Assembly: GCA_004431415.1 (NCBI GenBank)
Contig: QPMI01000542.1
Coordinates: 372,001-436,000 of the forward strand
DNA length: 64,000 nt
Source: Cyanophora paradoxa CCMP329
Lineage: Eukaryota; Plantae; Glaucophyta
Reading direction: 5' to 3'
The translations under genes were made by a program, and so were the position numbers. Shown here one piece after another: positions 1 to 11,795 of the stretch. Numbering within the stretch: the stretch's first letter is position 1; each line of letters opens with the position of its first letter. The notes under the pieces are model-generated. The model was not told the DNA's origin. It saw nothing but the letters and a program-made list of their open reading frames with translations, and did not search any database.

Positions 1-340
1 GCTCCGCGCGTCCGCGTCGTAGAGAGAGATCTGTAGAGAGAGCTCGAGGCAAGAACCGCTCGATTATATATTATTATTATTATTATTAAAAAGGATTTCT
101 CTAGTTGTGCATATATCTATGCATATATATGATCTCTCGATCGCGAGCTCGAGCTCCTCTAGCTCGATCTCGAGCCGGGGATCGGCTGTGTGTCTCCTAG
201 GCCTAGCTCTCGAGCCGGAAATCCGGGGTTCGGACCTCAAGCTCGCTAGCGCTTTAAAATTCGGGATCCCCTCGATCTATCGTCGCGATCTCAATCCGCG
301 GCCGGATCCTACCCGGCAGCAGCAGCGAGCGCGGCGCGAA

Positions 341-2640
341 ATGACGTTAACGTGGTGCGCGCACGTTTTGCGCGAGGACGGGGGGGCCACGTACGGCGGG
401 CCTAGGCCCGGCAGGCGGCCGCGGCGCAACGAGAGCGACAAGATTTTCAGTCGAGCCCGGCCCGCGGCCGGCGCAAATTAAACGTGAACACGCCCGCCAA
501 AGGCTAAAGCACGCGCATGCGCAGGGTGAGCGCTGTCTGGGAGGCTGCGATCGAGTTGCAGAGAACAAACGACTCCGAAGGCGGCGTGCTGAAGAGCGAA
601 ATTGAGGCCCACATCAGGGCGAACTGGAATCTGTATTTCGGCAACCGCCCCGTACCTGCGACGGTGTCGCGGATCATCGCCGAGAGGCTGGGCGCGCGCG
701 GCGGCAATCGATTCCGCCACGCCGGCGGCCCGGAGTCGGCCTACAATCCTGACAGCAAATGCGCGCAAACTAAAGCTCTCCCCCACTGCGGCATTCGTTC
801 ACATCTCTATGACGCGAAATTGCAGGGGCGCCAATTAACCGCGAATCAATTGAAGTCGAAGCGAATTCGAAGCAGAAGCCGGCCGCGGGCGCAAATTCGA
901 GGAAGAAGGCCAAGAAGTTGGAGTCAGGATCTTCGGCTGCGGCATCTTCGGCGCCGGCATCGAGCAAACGCAAAGACAGCGCCCCTCGACCGAGCACAAA
1001 GAGAAAGCTCGAGTTCACCGCAGAACTCTCTGAGACAGAAAAGGTTCGTCCGAATATTTCGATGTTGCAAGTTGATTGCCCAAAGCTGCTAGTGACTTAA
1101 TATTAATGGCCATTTAGAGTGCAATGGACAGCGACGACGATGGCGAGAAGTCGAATGCGGCCCCGACACGGCCCGTGAAATCTCCCAAACGCTCTCGAGC
1201 TCGAGCTTCTTCCTCTACACCGGCACCCGCTTTGCCAGACGAGGCTAATTCCGCACAGGTAGCTGCTGACGCCTCCAGCCAGTCGCTTCGTCTTCGCGAT
1301 TACTTCTGCTAATTACCCGATCGTAATCAGCAATAGACTGACATATAGGCCATGTAGACTGACGCCGCCATATAAACTGACGCGGCCTTATAGACTGACG
1401 TGGCCTTCTCACGGCGTGCTATGCCCACGAGCAAGGGGGACCGGCATGCATCTGCTCCGCGAGACGGCATTACTCCTGCTGAGGTCGACATCAACACACA
1501 GGTGTCACCTTCAAATATATCTAATATTAATTGTAATATACCTCACTGCCAAAGGCGTCTGCAGTCCTCGAGGAGAAGCTTAAGCACTGAGCGCGAGACA
1601 CAGCCATCGGCTGCCAGCGAGAGCCTGAGCTCTGCATCTGGCCGTGGGCGAGGAAGAAGCCGCCCTCGAGCTCTGCAGGTGCCCTCCATCTCTCATGCCT
1701 AGGCCTCCCTGCTCTGAAATTCAAGATTTACAGGCGCGGACATCGCGATCGATATCGATATCGTCCCCCATCGACTTGGAAACGGAGACCAATTTCGCCA
1801 GCTTGCCTTTCGTACGTCTTTCTTCTCGTTGTGACGTTCCTTCGTAATCGAACTAAATTATGACAGAGTATGCCCTTGAGCGCTAGCTCTTCTTCTCCTG
1901 CTGCGCCTGCAGCCACGACGGAACAGATTGCGGTCAATTCGGGCTTTTTATATTGCGTAGCAATTTCGCAGTTGCATTAATATTTCATCGTCCTTCGCAG
2001 CCGGCACGGCCAGCCGTGGCCTCGTACATGTACAAGGAGACGAGCGCGTTTCACGAAGAGAAGAGGAGAGATGCGGAGAGGGCGGCCGCGAGCAGGGCGC
2101 GGCAGGAGGGCGCCGGGAAGGGCTTCCCGGTCCTCGTCTACAGGCGGGCTGCGCCGAGCCAGCCGCAGGACCAGCTTCTGGCGAAGTTCGATGTTTGGGT
2201 GCAACCGCGATGGAAAACTCAAGCGTCAGCACGTACTTGCATGCTGATTTGCTGCAGGTTTCGCGGTTTGGCAGGCCTAAGCTCCAGCAGTTTCGGGAGG
2301 ACGTCTCATCGAAAATTGCGGAGCAGTGCCCCGGGCTTGTGATCGGCACCGCAGACAAGGATCTCGACATCACATTCACGATACCGAGCGCCCGCGACAA
2401 GGTTCGGGTCATTATGTAACTAAAGTTCAGTGCTGTAGTCAGGCAGTCGCTTTGTTTTTTTGTCCTTGAACAAAGCAGCAGAGCGTGGCCATGGAGCGAT
2501 TCCGCCTGACCGGCGAATCAAGCTGTGCGTCTCTTATAATTGCAGTTGTCTGCAACTAAATACCGCGATATCTCACTGGCCTATTTTTGCAGGGGGTTTG
2601 TGCCTCAGCGATGGAAAGGAGATCCACGTCCGCCTTCCAT
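341..2640 (+). CDS. Multi-exon gene with an N-terminal ASH2L/Polycomb-like-EH-type winged-helix-like domain and a Ser/Ala/Lys-rich linker; 3' end approximate
   Basis: ATG at 341 (MTLTW) and a GT..AG intron at 355-524 join in frame to VSAVWEAAIELQRTNDSEGGVLKSEIEAHIRANWNLYFGNRPVPATVSRIIAERLGARGGNRF. This follows the W...L...EI..hI..NW..L...F pattern of that winged-helix family. Further spliceable exons lie at about 2000-2198, 2259-2401 and 2480-2525. Confidence 0.5.
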
Positions 2641-3407
2641 GACAGCGCTTCGAATTCCGTATCAATTAATCTTAGCTTTGGATCGTGATCGATCAAGCGC
2701 TCCGTGCAACGGCCCAACGCTGAGGCTGGGCCGCCCCCGCATATATATGCATCGTAGCGTGAATGATCATGAGGCCGTACAGCCTAAATTCGGTTTTTCA
2801 TGCCGCAGTGCCAACATGTACATTAATATTAATATTACGTTTCGCAAGAGGGGATCCGGGCTGCTCGTCGGCAGCTACCGGATATAATCAGAGAATGCTA
2901 GCCTGCTGTCAGCCCTGGCCATGGGGCCATTATCCACTACCCGGGTAGTCTTGGCCGTCATACCGGTACTGTACGACACTACCAGGGGTACGCTCCGTTC
3001 AGGAGGGTCTGCGGGGACCTATTATGCCAGCGGCAGCCCTGCAGCTGGCTCTGGAACTACGGCGGCTCCCACCACAGCCCCGAACACGATCGCGAGCGCC
3101 AAGGGCAAAGAAAAAGCCTACCCGTATTAGAAAAGCCTGTCTACATTAGGGCTCGTTTGCACGCAGCAGCGCGTGTGTCCTGACTGGTTTCAATTGTACA
3201 TTACGCCCCGTTTGGCAAGCAATCCATGCGAATCAATGCTATCGGAAAAGAGCAATAAAGTACGCTCCGTTCAGGAAGGTCTGCGGGGGCCTATGCAGGA
3301 AAGAGCGTGGGGGTTGAATAAAGCAGCAGTACCGAAGCTTGCTTCTTAAAGCTAAAAGTCACGAATCGATACATCCTAAAGTAAAAAGGGTTTCAATCGC
3401 CCGCTGG

Positions 3408-6400
3408 CTACGGGGCGACGGTGAAGATGCACGCGGTGCTGGCGACGAAGGCCACGATGAACGCGGCCCGCACCCACGCGTTCACTTCCCGCAGCCGCTC
3501 GATGTACACCTGCCGCGGAGCAGGCGCGAGCGTGAGAAGCTTTGCAGGGGCGGCCCTAGAATATTTAGGCTCTGCATGTATGGCCACCTCGCGGTTCTGG
3601 ACGCGAAGCTCGCCGAAGCGAATGCCGTAGATGTCGAAGACGTGGTACCGGCGCGGCAGAACCTGCGCGAGGAGACAGTCCGCCGAGTGAGCGATTATTG
3701 CAAGCCGGTGTGGAGGGGGCGCACCGGGGGCACGAAGAACCCCGCGAGGCGCTTGGGGTCGGGGGCCGGCGGGGGCTGATTCCGGGCCTCCTCCTGCACA
3801 TCGCTAAACGTTGAGCGAAATTGCAGTATTTAGAGCGGTTGGGCGGGGGGCTCGCGGACCTCAGTGGCGCGGGTGGTGAGGAGGCCGTCCTTGAAGACGA
3901 TGTCGCCGAGACCCGGCGCCGGCGCCACCTGCAGCGCAGGGCGGACTGAGTGTCGCGCGGCAGTGTAAACTGAGCCGCCGGCACCTCGGCCGACGCGGCG
4001 ATCTGCTGGAGGCGGATCGAGCCGCTCCGGGCAAAGAAGCGGGTGAGGGCCGTCGAGCCCGTCCCTGGCGTCCTGTGCGTCATGATCCGCGCCGCCGCTT
4101 CGTGCTCGGCGTCGGCCGCGTGCATATTGATCGCCGTTGAGTTCGGGATCGAAGCCTCGGTCGGCGTCGGGAAGCCCAGGGCCCCCGCGCTGGACGCCAC
4201 CGGCACGCGGCCTGCCGTCTGCAGGAGCTGCACGTTCGGCTGGGGTGCGATGGGCGCCAGCGCCTGCCCGCGGGGCGACGCGCTGGCGGTCTTCGCGTCC
4301 ACTGTGGAGGCCGGGGCGGCCTGCGGCTGCGAGCCCTTGAACTGCGCGAGGGGCGGTGAACTTGCGAGCGCGCCAGCGGACGCAATAAGAAGCGGAGACC
4401 ATCGGAACGCACCTTGAGGACGGCCTCGTAGATGTGCTCGAAGATGCGCTCGCGGTCGTCGCCCTTGCCGCCGTCGTCCATGCGGCGCAGCTCGTTGACG
4501 ACCCAGCTGCCCCGGCCCGCCTTCAGCCACGAAACGAGCGGCGCGTCTCCGCGAAGCAGACGGCGGCGCGCACACGAGGTGCCCAAAGGCGACGTTGACG
4601 GCGAGCCCCACGATGCTGAACGCGTACGCCTGCGACCGGAGTGAGGCGTGAAAGCATGTAGCAACATAGCTATATTTTTGTATTTGGAAACTGTCTTTTG
4701 CGCTGCTGTCGTTTGGAAACTCATACACAGCTCTTCATTCTCAATTATAATTGTTCATCGCGATTCTGCACCTGGAATGTGAAGGCGCCCATCTTGGTCA
4801 TGTAGGAGACGGGCGGCGAGAGGTCCGCGAGGACGAAAGAGAAGCCGAGCGTTCCGAGCAGCGCCGTCTCGCACGCCACCGTCCGGTTCTCGCTCTCCAC
4901 GGGCCTGAAGGGGAAAAGAGGGTCGCGATTATTTGTTCTGGAGCGCCGAGCTTCTGAAGCGCTGAAAACGCACTGGAAGAGCGAGAAGATGACCGAAATG
5001 CTGATGAGCAGAAGAGGCACCAGTAAGTTGATCACGTTGTACGTTCGGATGCGCTGCAAGGTCGCTTTGAATTAGCTTCTTTGAACTGAACAATCCGCAG
5101 GAATTGCACGGACCCGAGCACGGAAGCTCGTGGTTAGGATGTCGTAGCCTGCATTGATCCCAGTGTCCGTTGTCTCCACCTCTTGCTTGTACGACTCGTA
5201 GGTCCTGGGGTGGCGAGCGGCCGCGAAGTGTGTGCATTAGGCTTTCTATTTGCGCGTACATTACCGAAGCGAGCGTGCCGCGACGTACCACGACGGGTCG
5301 ACAATGCCGCGCATGTTGGCCTCCTGTCCGTTGAGTTTCGCTCCAGTTATGGGCGCAAACGTCAGCTGGCTTCCGTCGAAGCTGTTGCTCCGAAGCTGCA
5401 CGCCGTTTCTGAATAAGCGAACTATACGCAAAGCTGAGTTTAAACGCGACAGACGCTGGTACCTGGATAGAAAGCGTCTGCGCAATTCGTTAGGACGGGC
5501 GAAAACAACGTGCTTCCCCCGCGCATTCCAGAGCGCACCTGAATGTCGAACGGGAAATCTTTGACATTGATGTCCACTGCGCAAAATCTGCATTCAGCAC
5601 CGCGCGCGGGTCGCCGCATGGGGTCGCACCCGCGAAGTCCTGGATGAACCGCTGATACAGTCTGACGGTGCCGTTCTGCGCGAGAGACAGTGTCGCAAGC
5701 GATCCGATCGGCACTTGGAATGAGAGTGTTTTTGCAGCGGCGGTCTCGCACATTGAACCGGATGACCTTGCCGTCGAACCCGTCCGGCTTGCTCTGCGGA
5801 GTTCGATCAGGACGTGTTGAAGCAGTCGTAGGGCGCTGCGCCGCACCAGGACGTTGACAAAAGTCAGCCGCGGGCTCCAAATCGCGTTCAGGATCGAGGT
5901 GTCGTTTTCGGCGACGGGGGCCAGGTTCGGGTTCTTGAAGCGCGAATCAAACCTGGCGATTAAAGAAGCGGATTTGAAGAGTCAGTCGCAAATATCGCTG
6001 TAGCGAAGGCGGCGGAGCGCACCACTCCTGCAACAGCGTCAAGTCAACCTTCATCGATTGGTCCTTCGTCTGCGAAAACCGGTCATTGCATACAAAATCA
6101 ATCGACGCCGACATCGCGCATGCGCACCGAGACATCGATGACCGAATTGACCTGAACGGTGACCTCGACCCGCACCGGCTGCGGGCTGACGTCCAGCACC
6201 GCCGCCAGCAGGTGCCGCGCCCCTCGCCGCCCGCCCGCCGTGTCAGCAACCAAGGCGACGGGCCCCTCCGTCGGTGGCTGGCTCGGGTCATAGCCGAAAG
6301 GCATCGCCGGCCTTCCCGTCTTCTCAACTGTCACCCGCGAATCCGAAAGGCCGTGCTCCGTTCCCGGGGCGGGCATGGCAAGGTTGACCTGCAGACCAGC

Positions 6401-9400
6401 CGCAATCAGCAGCAATCCAAGAGGCGCTGCACGTTGTCCGGCTGTCTCGCACGTCGAGGGCGTTGCCGGCGGTGCGGAGGATGCCGCCGTATGAATCGAA
6501 CGCGTCGACGCTGAGGACGTCCAGGTACTCGCCCTCGGGCGTCCCCTCGCCCACCTGCACCGAGTACCGGAACACCAGCGTCGTCTGATTGCAACGCCTC
6601 CCATCAGCTCAAATAAGAGAGAATGCAGTTTAATAGAAGGCATCCCACCTTGGTGTCCGGGTTGGCGTAGCCGAGGAGGTACGCGTAGGCGAGCGTGTTG
6701 AGGGCGATGCGCGGCGTGCCGTACAGGCGCGCCTCCCGCGTCTTCGCCGCGTCCTGCACGTTCAGCGGGTCCAGCTGCGCGCGCGCGCGCCAATCTCGCG
6801 TGAGCGGCGAGAGCGACACTGCAATCGCTGCAGAGAATCCAACATCTGCAGAGCCGCACGAGGAGCTGGTAATCCACGGGCTTGGAGAAGGTAACGAGGA
6901 TGTCCACATCCTGCGGCGCGTGCGGCATTGGTGGACGCGCATGCACAGGCGGAGACGGTCCCCGGCTCGCGCGTCAAACACGCACCCCAATGCGACCGGG
7001 AGCGAGGCCCACGGTGACGTTCGTGAACTGGTATAAAGCATAAGTAAATAGAAAGAAGGATAAATCACGCTCAGTCCTCCATTACCTTCGAGGCGACTCC
7101 AACGATCGTGGCGGAAAAGGTGTCGATCTGAATTGGAAATAAGACAGCAGATCCAGATATGCGAAAACCGCGTACCTTCACCCACGCCTCGTAGGGGTTG
7201 TTCTGATTCTCGAGCGGGTAGAATCCCAGAATCTTCGAGAGCGCGACAGGCACGACCATGCCCGCTGATTCGAATGATTAGAGTTGCTCACACAAGGAAC
7301 GAGGTTGAATTCGAATCGACAAGCTTAAGGCGGCGCTCACTCGCGGCGGGGCTGCAGCCTGTGGCATTGACCGCGGTGTCGTACGGTTTCTCGATCTCGA
7401 TGCTCTCGTACAGCCCGTCCTCGGGCTGCGTCGCGACGTATCAGCATCGACTTTAGCTACGCACACATGTACACGTCTTATATATTTCATGTTCCGTTGC
7501 GCACCTCGACAGATCTGCGAAACACGATCTGTCTTTGGCCCGCCACGTTGCCCTGCGAAATGACCGGTAAATTAACGTGTGAAAAATGCCGCCGCCGGGC
7601 AAAATTTAAGAAGCGCCTGCGCACCTGGACGATAGCGTTGAACTCCTCGCGCGGAGTAAACTGAAATAGGCCGACGCTTGTGCGCAGAGTCGGTCGGCAG
7701 GCGTCCAGGGCGGTGGAGGTGTTGTCGACGTCCTTCGGGCGCTGGAAGACCTGCGCAGATTACGAGAAAACAGTGTGAGCGGCCTGCAGCTGTGCAAAAT
7801 TCATCGCAAACGCGTCGCACCACGTCGTCGAAGGTAAGAATAAGATAGATGACCGAGTGGAGCGAGAAGACATCACGGCCCCCGCCGACCGCTCCGAATA
7901 CCTCGAGCTGCGTGCAACGATCGATTATATATTGAAATTGCCGCTTGAATGTTGCGCGCGGAATCGATCGTTGCCTCTCAAATGAGAAATGCGTTTTTAA
8001 ACCATGTACAGATCGTACCCGGCGCGCGGTGCTGGAGCGCTGGATGACGAGGCCGGCGGCCGCTAGGCCGCTCGCCGCGTCCGTTACCGCCCTCAGCGCC
8101 TCTTCGTTCGCGACAACTGAGGCACAAGATAATGCGATGAGCTTTCTTCAGCGAGAGTCATCATGATCAGAAGGTTTTGTAGGACTCACTGTCCAGGCCG
8201 TTTGCCGACGTGATTACGGCACCGTTCGTCACAAACTTGACGACCTCAAGGGGCTTCCCGTTTGTCGTCTCGCCAGACTGTGCATTTCGCATCTCCACGT
8301 CAGTTGTCGATGATTCGAATTCGAATGGAAGTCTAAATGCGGTTTAATTGCACGCACCGCGACCATGTATCGGAAAAGAAGGGTGGAATTATCGTTAGGG
8401 AAGTAGCCGACAAAAGAGGCCTCGCCGCCCGAGTTCAGGTCGAGGTACGGCCGCCCGACGGCTGCGCGAAAAATCGACGATCGATATCAGCGCCGCACGA
8501 TTATAATTGCTAAAAGCCTGGTACAGGGCCCGGGGTCGCGGACCAAAGGGGTTGACGCCGTTGTCGGAAGCCACCACAAAAATTACAGGCTTGCTGAATA
8601 GAATCGCTGTGACAAAAATAATCGAGAGTTAAATAGAATGAAGCAGGAGGTATTCAATATCTGTTTGTTCGGGAACTGACCTATGTCGATTGCGTCGCCG
8701 CTGTAGAACACTGATTTCGGGTCCTTGCGTGTGCTGACGCCGATCATCCGCGGGGCTGTTGCAGAACACCGCTCAGATCATTTTCTGCAGCCGAGCACGC
8801 ACTAGAACTGAGCTCGCGCTCGGGGGTTTTGGCGCACGGAGGGTGTCTACGCCGACGGAGGTCACTCCGGGCTCACAGCCGCTCGGCGAGGTCAAGGACC
8901 GCTTGCATGGCGAGAAGACGAGGTCTGCAGGGAGACTTGAGTACAGCTGCAGCTTAGACAGGCGCCCGGCGCCCTCTCTCGAATGCACCTGCGAGGCTCA
9001 CGGTCCGCTTCGAACCTGCTTTCGCGGACGCGAATCGCATCCCCCTGCAGAGACTCTGAGATCTAGAGGGAGCGCGCACACGCGCCTCGGCAAAAGCTAA
9101 GCCGAGTCGCACTTGGAGGAACACTCGTTGGAGATGATGAGGCCCTGGGACGCGGGGCTCCTCACCGCGATCGCCCTCGAGTTCTCGCCCTTGAGAACCC
9201 TGCCGGAAATGGAAGATATTGAGCGTAAAGATTAAGCTGAAAGCTTATAATTAGAGAAAGCCGAAGCTTAAGCTACAAAGCGCACTTGTGGCGGTAGACG
9301 AGCGTGTGGTCGCTGATTGTGGCGTGGCTCGACCCGCCGAGCCCAGCGACGGCGTCGTTGCGCGGGAGCGCCTGCCAGTCTTCGATGGTCCGGAAATTGC

Positions 9401-11313
9401 TGCCGGGGCATAGAATGAGCTCGAATGACATTGCTGCCAGCGATCGCAATTCTTGATAAAAGATAGCTTTTAAGATGTTGTTTTAAATTTCGACGCAAGA
9501 TGGGATTATAATTATTTGAGCGCACAGGTTGACTGCAATAGAACAGTTTGGTGGAAGAGGGTCATCCTGCGGAGCGGTTGAACTTTGAAAGCCTTCGAAG
9601 TCGCAAATGCAGAGTTGCGGTGACGGGCGCACGATGACCCCGTCGAAAGTGATCGCCACCAACATCACGTCATTGACGGAAAGGGTCGTGCCGGGCTCAG
9701 CCCCGATCTACGATTGACATCGAAGGGCCGCACTGAGCGCGATGGAGAGCGGGGTGTACACAAATGCATGATTCCGAACCAGCTGTAACGACACGGGAGC
9801 AAGCTCCGGGTCGAGCTTGATGCGCTTCGACTGCAAGCAAAGCTGAATTAGACATATCGATGGACCGACAAAAGGACTGAATGGCGCACCGTGTCGACGA
9901 CGGGGTCTGCATTGAGTGGGTTGGAGGGGTCGGGCTCGACCTCGAAGTACCCGCTGGGCGCGTGCGTCGTGTTGTCGAGCGTGATGTACTGCCGATTTCG
10001 AAAAGGTTAAGCGAAAACGATTGCGTTCGAGCTTAAGAAGACTCTGAGAGGAGACGGATCGGAGCATTGCACCTCCAAAATGCCGAACGCGGTCGTGATG
10101 TAGTTGCAGTTCGCGAGGTTCCTGCACGCTCGGAATCACACGAAGAGTCGAATTCATATAATTAAAGCCTAAAAGCTGAAGGCCGCTGACACGATGGGGG
10201 CGCGGAGGGGCTCGAGGACGGGGTCCTCGTCGTTGACGACGTGGCGGAAGTAGAGGCGCGAGGTCGCGTGGTGGGACGCCCACGGCGTCTGCGCCCTGCC
10301 GCGCCGCGCGTCAAGTGAAAAACATAAACAAGGGTCTTATAGAAAATCGCTTGAAGCTGGAGTTCTCTCTAAGGTTGGTAAATAGTAATGCATTTGGTAA
10401 TGATAATATATAAATAAAGCAGGCAATGGTTTCGGGATGGGCTTCGGGATACCGGGGCACGTGGGGGACGCGGAAGGTGGCGTTGGTGCTCGGAGCGCTC
10501 ACGATGATGTAAGGGCTGCAGCCGGGCTGGGCCAGCATGGCCGCTGCGCCACGGAAAGGGTGGGAAAGTCGTGGTCAGCCATAAGAGAGGCGGAATTTAT
10601 TGATTCGCACCCTCGTCAACGCTACAGGTGTGGTGGCCCGAGGCCTGGCAGGAGAACTCGCCCTCATCGATCCCGGGGGGGTCATCGACGTCGACCACCA
10701 GCCACAGCTCGCCTGCGCCGGTGGCGGCTCGTGATCAGCTTGAAGCCGGAGGGAGGGCGCGGGCGGCCCAGACGGACTCTTGCGGCCGAAGACGAGCTTT
10801 GTTGTCGGGTCCGTCGAAGCGGCGTACACGCGCTGCGACGGCGTCATCAGGGCCCGGGTCGGGCGGTTTAAATCAGGGCCCGGGTCGGGTCGGGTCGGGC
10901 ACCTGAACAGCGGCGTAGAATGTTTCGGCGAGCTCGAAGCCGACGGGGGGCGGCGGCGGCGGCACAACCACGATCGACGAGGCATTGATCGCCGCGGCGG
11001 AGGGCAGCAGCGCCAGCATTCCGACGGCCACCAGCGCGCACAGAGCGACCCCCACGCTTGGCCGCAGCCCGCGGCCGAGCGCGAGCTCTAAATTGGGATC
11101 CCGCCGACGCGAGCCGCGGTTGACGCCGTGGGGCTTAAGCTTGAGCGCTGGCGTGGGCTCGCCCGCGTGCACGTGCGCGGGGCCAGCGCCCGGCCCCCCT
11201 GCGGTGGCGCCGGAGGCGTATGCGGCCGCGGGGTGGCCATGGTTGCGGCGCCGCGGCCGGCGGCGCGCCCAAACAATGGGCGTGCAGTTGCGCGCGGGGC
11301 TGCAGCTGTCCAT
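3408..11313 (-). CDS. Pentameric ligand-gated ion channel subunit (Cys-less, Pro-loop, ELIC/GLIC-like) with a very large N-terminal ectodomain of five tandem repeat modules; tens of short introns
   Basis: The spliced minus-strand product reads YDPSQPP..PVRVEVTVQVNSVIDVS|TKDQSMKVDLTLLQEW|FDSRF..NAIWSPRLTFVNV..NGTVRLYQRFIQDFA|VDINVKDFPFDIQ|TLSIQ|LRSNSFDGSQLTF..W..YDILTTSFRAR. Then come M1 RIRTYNVINLLVPLLLISISVIFSLF, M2 ENRTVACETALLGTLGFSFVLADLSPPVSYMTKMG, M3 AYAFSIVGLAVNVAFGHL, a long loop, and M4 VNAWVRAAFIVAFVASTACIFTVAP with the stop at 3408-3410. A signal-like hydrophobic stretch, VGVALCALVAVGMLALLPSAAA, lies in the first exon. Confidence 0.9.
6320..10850 (-). repeat. Five tandem beta-rich protein repeat modules (predicted Ig-like) in the channel ectodomain
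   Basis: The motif L.F.(Y/H).V..(G/D) recurs five times: LYFRHVVNDED (~10240), HTLVYRHK|VLKGENS (~9290), STLLFRYMVA|SGETT (~8370), QIVFRRSVE|PED (~7520), TTLVFRYSVQVGEGT (~6570). Most are preceded by an I.V.F-type strand (VMLVAITFDGVIV, YSGDAIDI, IYLILTFDDVV, VDILVTFSKPV) and, where clear, by G.P.(L/I).LN (VGRPYLDLNSGGEASFVGY, YGTPRIALNTLAYAYLLGY). Confidence 0.75.
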
Positions 11314-11754
11314 GCTTTCCGATGGCCGTCTGCTTTCCGATGACTCGGCGATCTAAGAACAGCACGCGCACGCGGCCGCTATAGATAGCTTTAGATCGGA
11401 TATAGCTGTCCCGGCTGGCCCGGCGGCCTCGCCAAGTCGACGTCCCCGGCCCGCTCCGAGGGCTCCGCCTCCACCCAAGTGGGACGCAGTCGCCGCGGCG
11501 CGAAGCTGCCGCAGTGCGCTGCGCTCCAGGCTGCAGGCCAGACGAAGGCCAGACGAAGGCTCGGTAGCTCGGCCGCGGGCGCGCGCGCCGCGCGCTGCTG
11601 TGCTATTCTAAGATGACTGCAGCTATAGCTACCGCGTCGCCGCAGTGCCGCGCGCGCGCCGGGGCGTGCCCTGAAGAACAGGAGGTCCGGGGCGCAAGGG
11701 TCGCCACTGCTAGGCTAAACGTGCCCTGAATAGGGGCCAAGGGTGCCCTGACGG

Positions 11755-11795
11755 TCGGGACTCGGGACTCGGGAGTCGGGAGTCGGGACTCGGGA
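11755..11795 (+). repeat. (TCGGGAS)n 7-bp tandem repeat upstream of the channel gene
   Basis: tcgggac/tcgggag repeated about 6 times. Confidence 0.8.

Noticed and set aside
66-88. (TAT)n run, and the tagactgac repeats at 1333-1405
   Set aside because: Ordinary microsatellite and short imperfect tandem repeats with no further structure.
5539-5680. Animal-type Cys-loop receptor (nAChR/GABA-A) or animal contamination
   Set aside because: Both Cys-loop cysteines are absent, and the introns use the same gtgcgc...gcag style as neighbouring genes.
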